A stretch of 64,000 nucleotides of DNA, from the NCBI GenBank assembly GCA_027027675.1, contig JALVKT010000092.1:4854-68853 (forward strand), written 5' to 3'. This document shows, piece after piece, positions 8,661 through 18,336 of the stretch. The notes beneath the pieces are model-generated. The model saw nothing but the letters and a program-made list of their open reading frames with translations. It searched no databases and was not told the origin of the DNA. This DNA comes from Thermofilaceae archaeon. GTDB taxonomy: Archaea; Thermoproteota; Thermoprotei; Thermofilales; Thermofilaceae. The position numbers were made by a program, and so were the translations under genes. Numbering within the stretch: the first letter of the stretch is position 1; every line of letters starts with the position of its first letter.

Positions 8661-10478
8661 ATGGTGTTCATTGCCGATCGAAAGCTGCTTGAAAAATACT
8701 TTCCATACAATAAGTGGCGCGAAGGACAATATGAACTAGCCCAGCAAGTACTGAAATCAATAAATGACAACGAGATACTACTCGCCGCATACCCTATAGG
8801 GTACGGAAAAACTGCAGCGGCACTTGCCGGCGCGCTAGCCTCAAACGCAGAAAAAATACTTTACCTTGTTAGAACAAAAACTCAGTTCCAAGCGCCGCTC
8901 CGCGAAATAAGACTTCTCCACAAGAAACACGGAAAAACCGTAAAAACAACAGTTCTTAGAAGCCGCCAAGACTACTGCGCCTTAAAGTTCTCTAAAAAAG
9001 TCGACTACAACGAGTTCACAATAATATGCTCTAAGCTACGCAGCGAGGGAGTATGTCCCTACTCTGTCATCTACGAACCATTAATTCTTCCACCAGAAAT
9101 AGAGGTTATAGACATAGCCTCCGCAAGAAAGATTTCACGGAAACACGAAGTATGCCCGTATGAAGTAGCATTAAACTCTCTCAATAATTCTAGGCTAATC
9201 ATACTGCCATACGTCTACGTTTTCTCTCCCTCACTCAGAAGAAATGTGCTACAAAAATACGGTGTTCAGCTTGAAAACAGTGTCCTCATAATTGATGAAG
9301 CACACAACCTTCCGGAGACAATCTCAGGCCTATGGAGCGCTAACCTCACGCTCTCAACTATCAATGAAATTAAACGTGAGATAAGAAGTGTTGAGCAAAA
9401 AATAGGTTCAACAAATATAATAGGAAGGCTTTCAATGCTTTCATCTCTACTTAGAAAAAACATTCAAGCGGAAACAGAGATAGATGCGGAGACTATTTAT
9501 TCAATACTACCCTCGAAGGAAGAAATACTAAAAATAGCCTCACTGGTAGAACAAAAATCCCCCTATTATGTAAGCAAGACACGCATACTTGCAGAGATAA
9601 TCGACAAAATGGAGACAAATAGAGAAAGCCTCCTCGTTACACTAAAGCCTCTAGGCGGAGAAAACGTTCTCACAATAACACTCTACGATCCATCAAAGAT
9701 GGCAGCTCAGGTCTTCTCCGAAGTAAGATCGGCAATCCTACTTTCAGCAACAATGCCTCCCAAAGAGTACATGAAGGAAATGCTAGGCCTCTCACCCAGA
9801 AAAATTAGAGAAATCGTTTACCCCTATACATGGAGTAAAAATGCTGAAATACATGTTGTAAAAGGGTTAACCTCACAGTTTTCGGAGAGAACAGAGAAAA
9901 TGTATAGGAGATACGCTGCCCTGATACACATTTTAGCGGGAGGAGAAGGAGTTACATTGGTGATAGCCCCATCATATAACTTTCTGTATTCCATCTTCAA
10001 GTACATACGGTTAAAGCCCGTAATTTTAGAGAAAAGAACTACAAGCATAGAGGAAATAGAGGAGAAGACGCTTACACTGCTAAAAGATCACGGCCGCGCA
10101 GTTATAATGGCAGCTGCCTGGGGAAAACTTGTTGAAGGGGTAGAATTAGTGAGAAACGGAAAAAGCCTTATATCAACGATAATAATGGCTGGAATACCTA
10201 TACCGGAGCCAACCCTGCGGAACAGAAAAATGCTCGAAAAACTTGCCGTCAAGCTAGGGTCGCGTCAGAAGGCATGGAACCTAGTTTATGCGATGCCAGC
10301 GGCGTACAAAATAGTCCAGGCCATAGGGAGGGGTATCCGCTCGCAAAACGATAGGGTCTCCGTTTATATCTTGGATGAGAGGGGAGAAGACCTTCTATCA
10401 GACTATCTGGTAAAATACGGTTTTACGCCAAAGATCACTTCATTAGCCGCCCTTCTTAAAAACCTAGGTTATGCGTAA
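8661..10478 (+). CDS. xpd: XPD/Rad3-family 5'-3' DNA helicase
   Basis: Walker A YPIGYGKT and DEAHNL box. Four Cys (DYCAL, IICSKL, GVCPY, EVCPY) sit in the Fe-S domain position. Motif VI is QAIGRGIRS. Confidence 0.8.
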   Translation: MVFIADRKLLEKYFPYNKWREGQYELAQQVLKSINDNEILLAAYPIGYGKTAAALAGALASNAEKILYLVRTKTQFQAPLREIRLLHKKHGKTVKTTVLRSRQDYCALKFSKKVDYNEFTIICSKLRSEGVCPYSVIYEPLILPPEIEVIDIASARKISRKHEVCPYEVALNSLNNSRLIILPYVYVFSPSLRRNVLQKYGVQLENSVLIIDEAHNLPETISGLWSANLTLSTINEIKREIRSVEQKIGSTNIIGRLSMLSSLLRKNIQAETEIDAETIYSILPSKEEILKIASLVEQKSPYYVSKTRILAEIIDKMETNRESLLVTLKPLGGENVLTITLYDPSKMAAQVFSEVRSAILLSATMPPKEYMKEMLGLSPRKIREIVYPYTWSKNAEIHVVKGLTSQFSERTEKMYRRYAALIHILAGGEGVTLVIAPSYNFLYSIFKYIRLKPVILEKRTTSIEEIEEKTLTLLKDHGRAVIMAAAWGKLVEGVELVRNGKSLISTIIMAGIPIPEPTLRNRKMLEKLAVKLGSRQKAWNLVYAMPAAYKIVQAIGRGIRSQNDRVSVYILDERGEDLLSDYLVKYGFTPKITSLAALLKNLGYA

Positions 10479-10928
10479 CCTAGTCTCTTCCTTTACAGTT
10501 CTGAGAACAAACATTGTTTTCGTGCCCTCGATGCCATTGATACTGCCTATCTCGTCTATTATCCTAGCTAATTCTTCCCTACTCCCTACGCGTATTTTTA
10601 AAATAGCATAGTATTCGCCCGTAACATCATATATTTCATATACGTCGGGTAGCTCTGCAAGCCTTTTTAGGACAGCCTCATACTTCTGAGGGGAAGCTGT
10701 AATAGCAACTATAGCCGTAATCCCCCGTCCCACCTTCTCGGGGTCAACAATTGCCTGAAACCTTTTAATGACGCCCGACTGTAGCATCTTTTTTATTCTC
10801 AGGTGGACCGTTGCCTCGGAAATGCCGAGAGCCTCTGCAATCCTAGAATAGGGCGTTTTAGCGTTATCCTGCAAAAACTCTAAAATCTTCTTATCTATAT
10901 AGTCTAGAGAAGCTTTTCCCGAAGCCAT
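10464..10928 (-). CDS. Lrp/AsnC-family transcriptional regulator
   Basis: The HTH is DKKILEFLQDNAKTPYSRIAEALGISEATVHLRIKKM, followed by a RAM domain. Confidence 0.85.
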   Translation of the reverse strand: MASGKASLDYIDKKILEFLQDNAKTPYSRIAEALGISEATVHLRIKKMLQSGVIKRFQAIVDPEKVGRGITAIVAITASPQKYEAVLKRLAELPDVYEIYDVTGEYYAILKIRVGSREELARIIDEIGSINGIEGTKTMFVLRTVKEETRLRIT

Positions 10929-11000
10929 GCTTGATCATGATATCTTCCAACCCTTAAATATTAAAAATTTTTTGAGATAAAGACGAGACTTATTAAAAAA

Positions 11001-11681
11001 TTAAAACTCTAGTTTCTCCCCCGGTCTTAAAACTACTACGTGGGTTCCAGGGGAATACTTCCTAACATATTCCCTGAATTTATCGGGGCTCCCATACAGC
11101 ACGGGAAACGTGCCATAATGCATGGGAACAGCCACCCGAGGCTTAAACGTCGACACGAACAGCGCGGCTTGTTCGGGATCCATTGTAAAGTGGCCCCCTA
11201 TAGGGACAAGCGCGTAGTCTATCTTATATAGACGGCCGTAAAGCTCCATCCCCGAGAAAAGCCCGGTGTCGCCGGCGTGATATATCACAGCCTCACGTCC
11301 CAGTATGATGACTCCCGTGGGGACGCCTATCTCACTGGAATGCGCGGCGGGGGTAAAGAGGATTTTTACACCATCCACGTCAGCCGGGCCGCCTATGTTC
11401 ATGCCAACAGCTTTAAGACCCTTCTTCTCATAGTAGGAGGCGATTTCGTATACCGCCACTATTTTAGCACCGGTTTTCTTAGCAATCTCTTCGGCATCAC
11501 CCGCGTGGTCGCCGTGAAAATGAGTTACAACAATGATGTCAGCTCTATCCACATCTGAAACCTTAAGGGGGGAGTCAGGGTTCCCCAGCCAAGGGTCAAT
11601 GTATATTCTTTTCCCGTCAACCTCTACTTCAAAGGCTGAGTGGCCCAGAAACCTAATGTACCCCATTTTCTCACCATACAA
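11001..11681 (-). CDS. metallo-beta-lactamase-fold hydrolase (UPF0173-like)
   Basis: VTHFHGDHAG metal motif. Size is 226 aa. The N-terminus IRFLGHSAFEVEVDGKRIYIDPWL is typical of UPF0173. Confidence 0.7.
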   Translation of the reverse strand: MYGEKMGYIRFLGHSAFEVEVDGKRIYIDPWLGNPDSPLKVSDVDRADIIVVTHFHGDHAGDAEEIAKKTGAKIVAVYEIASYYEKKGLKAVGMNIGGPADVDGVKILFTPAAHSSEIGVPTGVIILGREAVIYHAGDTGLFSGMELYGRLYKIDYALVPIGGHFTMDPEQAALFVSTFKPRVAVPMHYGTFPVLYGSPDKFREYVRKYSPGTHVVVLRPGEKLEF

Positions 11682-11763
11682 CTTAGGCCAAACCCAGGGA
11701 TAATCCTTTTGTGCACGGGGAATTCACTATAATTACACGTGCCTTAGAATAGAGGGAGTTTCT

Positions 11764-12264
11764 ATGAAGATACTTTGGGCCCCCTGGAGGATGAAGTATA
11801 TCGAGGAAGCGCAAAAAGGAGGATCAGAATGCTTCATATGTAAAGCGTACAGAAGCGAGAGCCCCGAGGAGAGTCTCGTGCTCTACAGAGACGAGAACGT
11901 TATAATTCTAATGAACAAGTACCCCTACAATACAGGCCACCTCCTAGTAGCCCCGAGAAGGCATGTGCCATCCTACGAAGAGCTCACAGAGGAAGAACTC
12001 TGCGCATTAAATATGGCCGTAAAAAAGTCGCTCAGGCTTTTACGTGAAGTACTAAAACCCGACGGCTTCAATATAGGCGTTAACCTGGGACGTGTAGCAG
12101 GCGCAGGCTTAGAAGATCATCTGCACATACACGTCGTTCCACGGTGGAACGGAGATACGAACTTCATGCCAGTAATAGCTGAAACAAAAGTTCTTCCAGA
12201 GGCCCTAGAAGACACTTATAAAAAACTCTTAAAAAAGGCGTCACTGCTACGCGAAAATCCCTAG
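11764..12264 (+). CDS. HIT-family nucleotide hydrolase/transferase
   Basis: Histidine triad HLHIHVVPR plus a CFIC zinc motif near the N-terminus. Confidence 0.75.
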   Translation: MKILWAPWRMKYIEEAQKGGSECFICKAYRSESPEESLVLYRDENVIILMNKYPYNTGHLLVAPRRHVPSYEELTEEELCALNMAVKKSLRLLREVLKPDGFNIGVNLGRVAGAGLEDHLHIHVVPRWNGDTNFMPVIAETKVLPEALEDTYKKLLKKASLLRENP

Positions 12265-13571
12265 CCTTTTATATATCCGTAGCCTATTAAACGCCACTTT
12301 CCTCCTATCTGCCGGCTAATAGCGACTCGTGTCCCAGGATCAGCAACAATGGGGACGCGAAGCTTCAACCTAGCAATACCGTCTCTTAGAGAGGTTACTA
12401 CGCCTAGAGACACTGCTGTACCAACGTTTATCATTAGCGGTTCCCTGTATCTCAACTTCTCCACCTTGACGGGCTTAGCTAGACCAACAACTCTCTCAAG
12501 CAAGTGATACTCAATGTCTATCTCGTCCCACATGGGAGGCAACGTGCCAGGCTTACCAACAACGTTTCCGAGAAGATTGTCTCCCTTAGTGATGCTAGGA
12601 TCTAAGGTCGTACCTACGCCTACAAGGCCTCCCGGAAACGCTACAGTTAACGGCTCATTCCCGGACTTTAGGCTCGTAATTTCCGCGTAAAGTGGCTGGT
12701 ACTCAACGATTTTATTTCCACGTTTATCCCTACCCTTTTCAACTTTTATTCCCGGAAGGATCTCTATTTCATCGCCGACGCGGAACTTGCCCTGCACTAT
12801 AGTACCACCTAACACCCCTCCAACAATTTTGTCGACAGGTGTGCCAGGCTTGTTCACGTCAAATGAGCGTACAACGAGCATGCGCGGAGGCTTTGAAGGG
12901 TCTCTTTTCGGAGTGGGAATATATTTTTCGATGGCCCACACAACAGCGTCTATATTGACTTTGTGAAGCGCAGAGACCGGGATTATAGGGGCGTCCTCCG
13001 CCCACGTACCAGCAACGAACTCTTTTATCTCTCTATAGTTTTCCAGCGCTCTCTCCTTGGAGACAATGTCTATTTTGTTCTGCACTATCACGAGGTTTCT
13101 AACCCCGATCGTAGTTAGGGCCATGAAATGCTCCCTAGTCTGGGGCTGAGGGCACTTTTTACTGGCATCTATTATGAGTAGTGCGCCGTCCATAAGGGCG
13201 GTCCCTGCAAGCATTATAGCCATCAACATTTCATGCCCGGGAACATCGATAAACGACACTTTACGCTGAAAAACCAATTCTTCACCACAGTACTTACAAC
13301 GACCGTTGGGAGGAACCATCGGCGTAGTATAATAGGCCTGCGGAGGCGGGCACTGGGGGCACTTATAGACCGCAGTGTCGGCGTATCCTATTTTTAGCGT
13401 GATCCCCCTCTTCAACTCCTCGCTATACTTTGCAGCCCATATACCTGTGAGAGCCTCTATAAGCGTAGTCTTGCCGTGATCCACATGTCCCGCCGTGCCA
13501 ATATTCACTAAGGGCTGCTTCTTCATTGCTTCACGGAGTTCCTCATCATACATAGTATCCACACGCTTCAA
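12261..13571 (-). CDS. eif2g: translation initiation factor aIF2 gamma subunit
   Basis: G1 motif GHVDHGKTT, DVPGHE and NKID. The zinc knuckle CPQC...CKYCG is characteristic of a/eIF2-gamma. Confidence 0.9.
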   Translation of the reverse strand: MKRVDTMYDEELREAMKKQPLVNIGTAGHVDHGKTTLIEALTGIWAAKYSEELKRGITLKIGYADTAVYKCPQCPPPQAYYTTPMVPPNGRCKYCGEELVFQRKVSFIDVPGHEMLMAIMLAGTALMDGALLIIDASKKCPQPQTREHFMALTTIGVRNLVIVQNKIDIVSKERALENYREIKEFVAGTWAEDAPIIPVSALHKVNIDAVVWAIEKYIPTPKRDPSKPPRMLVVRSFDVNKPGTPVDKIVGGVLGGTIVQGKFRVGDEIEILPGIKVEKGRDKRGNKIVEYQPLYAEITSLKSGNEPLTVAFPGGLVGVGTTLDPSITKGDNLLGNVVGKPGTLPPMWDEIDIEYHLLERVVGLAKPVKVEKLRYREPLMINVGTAVSLGVVTSLRDGIARLKLRVPIVADPGTRVAISRQIGGKWRLIGYGYIKG

Positions 13572-13686
13572 CCCGCCCTATAAATAAAAGCGTTCCCGCC
13601 TGCCCAGGTAAAAGCGGAAATACCCCGGGGAGAGATATTAATGTTGGAAAATACTATAACCCCGATACGACGAGGTAGAAAGGTAG

Positions 13687-14307
13687 ATGGCGGGGGATGA
13701 GGAAGGACTTATAGACTCTCTTAGGGAGTACATCGAAGACCTCGAGACGTACATGGAGATTTCTAGGGCCGGAGAAATTCTTAGAAGATACTTCGTTATG
13801 AACGCGTTTGACGGAGCTCTCACAATGCTCGGCTTCACAGTAGGCTCTTACATTTCAGGGCTACGGGATCCACACGTAATAGTGTCTGGAGGCCTCGGAG
13901 CCAGCATAGCAATGGGTGTCTCAGGGTTTGTGGGGGCATTACTTAGCGAAAAAGCTGAACGTGAAAGAGAAATCCGCGAACTTGAAAAAATACTTTTCAC
14001 CAGGCTAAAGGGTAAAGGAAGCATAGTGGAAAGAGCAAACATGTTGGCTGTTGCGCTCGCCGCACTAACAGACGCCACGGCGCCAGGTCTAGCAGCTATC
14101 GTCTCCGCTCTGCCCTTCATCCTTTCTCTCTATGTGCCAATAGCGTTTTTCACGGCGTTCATAGTGTCCATAGCGTTGACTCTGCTGATAGTATTCCTCC
14201 TAGGAGTATACCTAGGAGTGATTTCCGAGGAAAACCCCGTGAAATACGGGATCGCGATGGTGCTTGCAGGCCTACTCGTATCGTTAATATCGTTCATACA
14301 TATATGA
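13687..14307 (+). CDS. VIT1/CCC1-like membrane protein (DUF125-type)
   Basis: A cytoplasmic acidic N-terminus is followed by FVMNAFDGALTMLGF and 4-5 TM helices. The family call is tentative. Confidence 0.5.
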   Translation: MAGDEEGLIDSLREYIEDLETYMEISRAGEILRRYFVMNAFDGALTMLGFTVGSYISGLRDPHVIVSGGLGASIAMGVSGFVGALLSEKAEREREIRELEKILFTRLKGKGSIVERANMLAVALAALTDATAPGLAAIVSALPFILSLYVPIAFFTAFIVSIALTLLIVFLLGVYLGVISEENPVKYGIAMVLAGLLVSLISFIHI

Positions 14308-14370
14308 GCATGGGAGCGCTAATTAGTATAGAACAATGAAAACACTATATTTCAGGCCCCGCCTAATAGG

Positions 14371-14673
14371 GTGAAAACGAGGATGTCGGAGGAAGCGTTA
14401 GGCATTTCCCGAGTGGTTATTGATGCTCAAAAGCCTCGGGAAATAAGTATAGTGGACCTCGCTGAAGCGGTGGCTGAAGCTCCAGGTGTGGCCAAGGTTG
14501 ACATAAACGTTACAGAGGTGGACGCGAGGACGGAGACGCTGAAGATACACATTGAGGGCTTCGACATCGATGTAGAGGAGGTCTCCGACATACTTGAGGA
14601 ACACAGCACTGTTATCAGAAGCATAGACGCTGTGTCAGCGGAAAAGAGGCGTGTGGAGCAATCCCAAGGGTAG
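14371..14673 (+). CDS. DUF211-family archaeal protein
   Basis: 100 aa. RVVIDAQKPREISIVDLAEAVAEAPGVAKVDINVTEVDARTETLKIHIEG resembles COG1888/DUF211. Recognition by memory only. Confidence 0.5.
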   Translation: MKTRMSEEALGISRVVIDAQKPREISIVDLAEAVAEAPGVAKVDINVTEVDARTETLKIHIEGFDIDVEEVSDILEEHSTVIRSIDAVSAEKRRVEQSQG

Positions 14674-14680
14674 GCTGAGA

Positions 14681-15556
14681 ATGGGAGAAGTTGCGGAGGA
14701 AATATCATTCCTTTTATCTCCACCTTCAAAACCTTTCTCCGGCCTTCAAGGCCCCCCCGATAAAAGTTCTGCGTGGATAATAGGAGTGCCCTTCGACTCC
14801 ACTACAAGCTTTAAGCCGGGCACGAGGTTTGCACCACAAAAAATTAGGGAGGTGGGGTGGGAGCTGGAAAGCTACAACCCTTCTCTAGGGCTTGACGTGG
14901 AAGAACTGCCAGTAGCGGATCTAGGCGACACCCAGCTATTCGTTGAATACGAGTCATTAGCGTTTACTCTAAGGAGAATAGCGAGGCTGTCACGCGTCGC
15001 CGGGAAAACACTCTTCATAGTGGGGGGAGAGCATCTAATCACGTATCCTATAGTGGCGGAGATCAAGAAGCTCCTGAAAAATCTGACTCTAATAGTCTTT
15101 GACGCGCACCTGGACCTTAGAGACGAATATCCGAGTGGGACGCGGTTCTCCCATGCGACAGTGATGAGGAGACTGGCCGAAGAGGGGGTTAACATCTACT
15201 ATATCGGTGCGAGAGCGTTTTCACGGGAAGAATACGAGTTCCTAACTTCGCATCCCGAATCCCTAAAAATAGTGTCCCGTGACACGCTAGAAAATATCGA
15301 GGGAAACCTCTATATTAGCATAGACGTCGACGTTATAGACCCAGCATATGCGCCAGCCGTGGGGAATCCTGAGCCGCTCGGCATAACACCTTCACACCTA
15401 CTCTCTACCTTGAAAGAGCTATTCAGCTTAGAGCGCACAAAAATCGTGGGGCTAGACATCGTAGAAGTTAACCCCCTGGTGGATGTAAACGATGTTACCT
15501 CTCTCTTAGCAGCAAAAATACTCATGGAGTCGCTTTTCTACAATTTTTCACGTTAA
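14681..15556 (+). CDS. speB: agmatinase (arginase/ureohydrolase family)
   Basis: Mn-binding motifs GGEHLITYP, FDAHLDLR and SIDVDVIDPAYAPAVGNPEP. The ATG at 14681 avoids overlap with the previous gene; the track start is 14651. Confidence 0.8.
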   Translation: MGEVAEEISFLLSPPSKPFSGLQGPPDKSSAWIIGVPFDSTTSFKPGTRFAPQKIREVGWELESYNPSLGLDVEELPVADLGDTQLFVEYESLAFTLRRIARLSRVAGKTLFIVGGEHLITYPIVAEIKKLLKNLTLIVFDAHLDLRDEYPSGTRFSHATVMRRLAEEGVNIYYIGARAFSREEYEFLTSHPESLKIVSRDTLENIEGNLYISIDVDVIDPAYAPAVGNPEPLGITPSHLLSTLKELFSLERTKIVGLDIVEVNPLVDVNDVTSLLAAKILMESLFYNFSR

Positions 15557-15711
15557 CGTCAGAGCATGAATGGTTTCGTCATCCCGTCGGGTCGGCACTC
15601 GGCAAACTCTTCATCCAAGGATTAATGCCTTCATCCTCATATAGCTTCATCTAGCCTACAGTGTGGTAACTTTTTTAAGAGAACTAACTGCACGTATGAT
15701 GGGTCGTCTCG

Positions 15712-16233
15712 ATGGGCTACTACAAGTATCTAGCGAAGATCTGGAAGAGACCCTTTAGCGAAGAACACGTAGAAGTGATGAGGAAACGGCTGCTTCAATG
15801 GCGCAGTGAGCCAACCGTCGTGCGAGTAGAGAAGCCGACACGCATCAATAGGGCGCGGGCCATAGGCTATAAGGCTAAGCAGGGATACGTGGTTGCCCGG
15901 GTAAGAGTTAGAAAGGGCGGTCTGAACCGTCCAAGACCGCGTAGTGGAAGAAGGCCGAAAAGGATGGGTGTCTACGGCTACAGCCCCCACAAAAGCACTC
16001 AGTGGATAGCTGAAGAAAGGGCTGCGAGGAAATTCCCGAACCTTGTCGTACTAGGCTCATACTGGGTTGGCGAGGACGGCGTCTACAAGTGGTACGAGGT
16101 TGTAATGGCTGATCCCGAGCACCCCGCAGTACGTAACGACCCCGAGAGGAGGTGGATATCTGGTTATGCGCGCAAGATCAGGCGAAGACATAGTGGAGCG
16201 GAAAAAGGCTCTGAAACGGGAGAAACTAGTTAA
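15712..16233 (+). CDS. rpl15e: 50S ribosomal protein L15e
   Basis: [14 protein letters not shown]...[45 protein letters not shown] is the eL15 signature. Confidence 0.85.
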   Translation: MGYYKYLAKIWKRPFSEEHVEVMRKRLLQWRSEPTVVRVEKPTRINRARAIGYKAKQGYVVARVRVRKGGLNRPRPRSGRRPKRMGVYGYSPHKSTQWIAEERAARKFPNLVVLGSYWVGEDGVYKWYEVVMADPEHPAVRNDPERRWISGYARKIRRRHSGAEKGSETGETS

Positions 16234-16666
16234 AAAAATAGAAGTGGAAGTTTTTGCTCACGCAACTGAATCCGAGAGCCGCGTTTCTGAAGCCGTACGA
16301 CGCCTAATGGGTAGCCTTCCCGAAAACATGTCAAAGCAAGTTGTCCACGGTTTCCACGGGAACCCGGTAGTCATATTTAAGTATTCTGAGAAGGGAGAGA
16401 AAGCGCAGGAAAACGCCAGCTTTATACTTTCTTCGCTGGACAAGTTTGACGCTGCAGAGCTTATCAGAAGCCTCGAACGGAGACTAAAAAAGGGGAAACT
16501 CTACATGAGACTTGACAAACAAGACGCTTTTCTAGGAGAACACACGCTTTCCGAAAGCGATGATGTGATAAGAGTTACTATAACATTTTATCCTCACATT
16601 AGAGGTAAGGAAAAAATTCTTTGGGCGCTTAGAAAGCTGGGTCTCAAAGATGACAAAGAAACGTAG
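16166..16666 (+). CDS. predicted RNA-binding exosome-associated protein (COG1325-like)
   Basis: The [20 protein letters not shown] motif and the position between L15e and RNase P proteins match the archaeal exosome superoperon. The start is unresolved: the ATG at 16166 overlaps L15e by 68 nt, and GTG 16244 is an alternative. Confidence 0.5.
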   Translation: MRARSGEDIVERKKALKREKLVKKIEVEVFAHATESESRVSEAVRRLMGSLPENMSKQVVHGFHGNPVVIFKYSEKGEKAQENASFILSSLDKFDAAELIRSLERRLKKGKLYMRLDKQDAFLGEHTLSESDDVIRVTITFYPHIRGKEKILWALRKLGLKDDKET

Positions 16667-17387
16667 ATTTTACGAACTCCATATGGGGCCGCTTGTTTTG
16701 GACAACCATCCTAGCATGTTAGACATATGCAAAAAATATATTGAAAAATGTCGCCTCTATGGCTATCATTACTGTGTAGCAACAATTATTCTAAGCACTT
16801 GGAATCCCTCGTATATCAGAAAAATAAAATTTATTAAAAAAGAGTGCCCTGCAAACGCTCTCAGATTACACATTAACACCGCTAACCCGGGTTCCCTACT
16901 GTCTCTGCTGAGAACCACCAGACGCCTTGCCGAGATAATCTCAGCTCCCGGCTATAACAGGAAAGTACTCGCACTTGCAAGCAGAGACCGTAGAGTCGAC
17001 ATTGTAAGTCTCATCCCTGGGCTATCTCCACCCCTGTATAGCGGCGACATAACTTACATGGAGAAGACAGGTAAGCTCGTGGAGATAGGTATAGGACATA
17101 TAGACCTGGGGCATCCTCAAATAGCCTCGAAACAGCTATCCCATGCTAGAACAATTGTAGAAAAAATAAAGGAGAGGGTGCCTATCGTGGCCACCTCTGC
17201 TGGCAGTAAAGAGTATACTCCCCGGGATCCGCGCTCCCTCATAGAATTCGGAGCCATGTTTTTAAACATTAAAAGGGAGAAAGCTGCCGGGGCTCTATCT
17301 GACATTGTGGAGGAAAAAATAGAGGTTAACAGGAAAAAACTAATGGGAAAAATGCCTTTAGAGGGCGTATACATTGAAGAAGGTTAG
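16650..17387 (+). CDS. rnp3: RNase P protein component 3 (Rpp30 homolog)
   Basis: 245-aa TIM-barrel-size protein. The conserved gene order is L15e-COG1325-Rpp30-Pop5. Sequence recognition is weak. Confidence 0.6.
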   Translation: MTKKRRFYELHMGPLVLDNHPSMLDICKKYIEKCRLYGYHYCVATIILSTWNPSYIRKIKFIKKECPANALRLHINTANPGSLLSLLRTTRRLAEIISAPGYNRKVLALASRDRRVDIVSLIPGLSPPLYSGDITYMEKTGKLVEIGIGHIDLGHPQIASKQLSHARTIVEKIKERVPIVATSAGSKEYTPRDPRSLIEFGAMFLNIKREKAAGALSDIVEEKIEVNRKKLMGKMPLEGVYIEEG

Positions 17388-17670
17388 AAGATACCTCGTC
17401 ATAAAGAGGCTGTCAGGGGAGAACTCCGCTCATTTAATAGCTGAAAGCATATCCAAAGTTTTCGGAATTTACGGTTTATCAATGACAAGACCCGTACTAG
17501 TCTATTCTAAAGGGTCGTACGACGTCGTCTCCGTACTCAGAGAAGGCGTACCCCTAGTTAGGGCTGCGCTAGCCCTGTATAACTACGATAAAATACTCAT
17601 AGCCAAGATTACGGGTACATCCCGTAAAGCAAAGCGGATCGTAGAAAGCATACCCTCCCAGGAACCTTAG
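17374..17670 (+). CDS. rnp2: RNase P protein component 2 (Pop5 homolog)
   Basis: 98 aa. The KVRRYLVIKRL N-terminus is like the RYLxFEI motif of Pop5. A 14-nt overlap couples it to Rpp30. Confidence 0.5.
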   Translation: MKKVRRYLVIKRLSGENSAHLIAESISKVFGIYGLSMTRPVLVYSKGSYDVVSVLREGVPLVRAALALYNYDKILIAKITGTSRKAKRIVESIPSQEP

Positions 17671-17680
17671 TTTTATATTA

Positions 17681-18055
17681 ATGCCCCCATACACTCCTGT
17701 GAAGCCTATGAGCGAAGCCGAACTCGCAAAAAAATACGAGCAAACACTAGAGGAACTAAGATTCGTAAGTCTTTCGCTTCAACAGTATAAGGCAAGACTC
17801 GTGGAGATAGAAAAAGCCCTAAAAGAACTGGAAAAATCCAGTGACAACTACGTTTACAAAGCCCTAGGCAGATTACTTGTAAAAGCCGACAAAAACGCCG
17901 TGATAGAGGAGCTTAAAAGTGAAAAAGAACTAGTCGAAATAAAAGTGAAAGAGTTTGAGCGAAAGGAAAAGCTACTCCAAGAGAGGCTGAAAAGCCTTGA
18001 AAGACAGCTCAGAGCAAAGCTTTCGGCTCGCGGAGCAATTACGGGAGCAGGATAA
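17681..18055 (+). CDS. pfdB: prefoldin beta subunit
   Basis: Coiled coil, beta hairpins (YKALGRLLVKADKNAVIEEL), then coiled coil, in 124 aa. Confidence 0.75.
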   Translation: MPPYTPVKPMSEAELAKKYEQTLEELRFVSLSLQQYKARLVEIEKALKELEKSSDNYVYKALGRLLVKADKNAVIEELKSEKELVEIKVKEFERKEKLLQERLKSLERQLRAKLSARGAITGAG

Positions 18056-18326
18056 GCTGTCACTTATTTATTCTGAAGCCTCCGAAATAGCTAGATGCGT
18101 ACAAGAGAGACTAATGGAGTCTCTAGAATTCTGCGGCGAAGCCGAGATAAACGTAGTGGTCAACGTGGATGAAGACTGGCCCTACACGGTCTATGTGGAG
18201 GCAGAAGCGAAGACGCGGCACTGCAGCAGAGCTAAGGTTCAAGAGCTAGTTGAGAAAACTATCGAGGAATGCGTGGAATCAGCAAGAAATAGACTTGAAA
18301 AGCAGGGCATATATGCCTTGCCTTGA
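17997..18326 (+). CDS. small conserved hypothetical protein (DUF3194-like), start uncertain
   Basis: The ORF lies downstream of prefoldin beta, as DUF3194 genes do in other archaea. The track ATG overlaps pfdB by 59 nt, and no canonical start follows the pfdB stop until an internal Met. Confidence 0.35.
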   Translation: MKDSSEQSFRLAEQLREQDKLSLIYSEASEIARCVQERLMESLEFCGEAEINVVVNVDEDWPYTVYVEAEAKTRHCSRAKVQELVEKTIEECVESARNRLEKQGIYALP

Positions 18327-18336
18327 GGTAAAAAGG

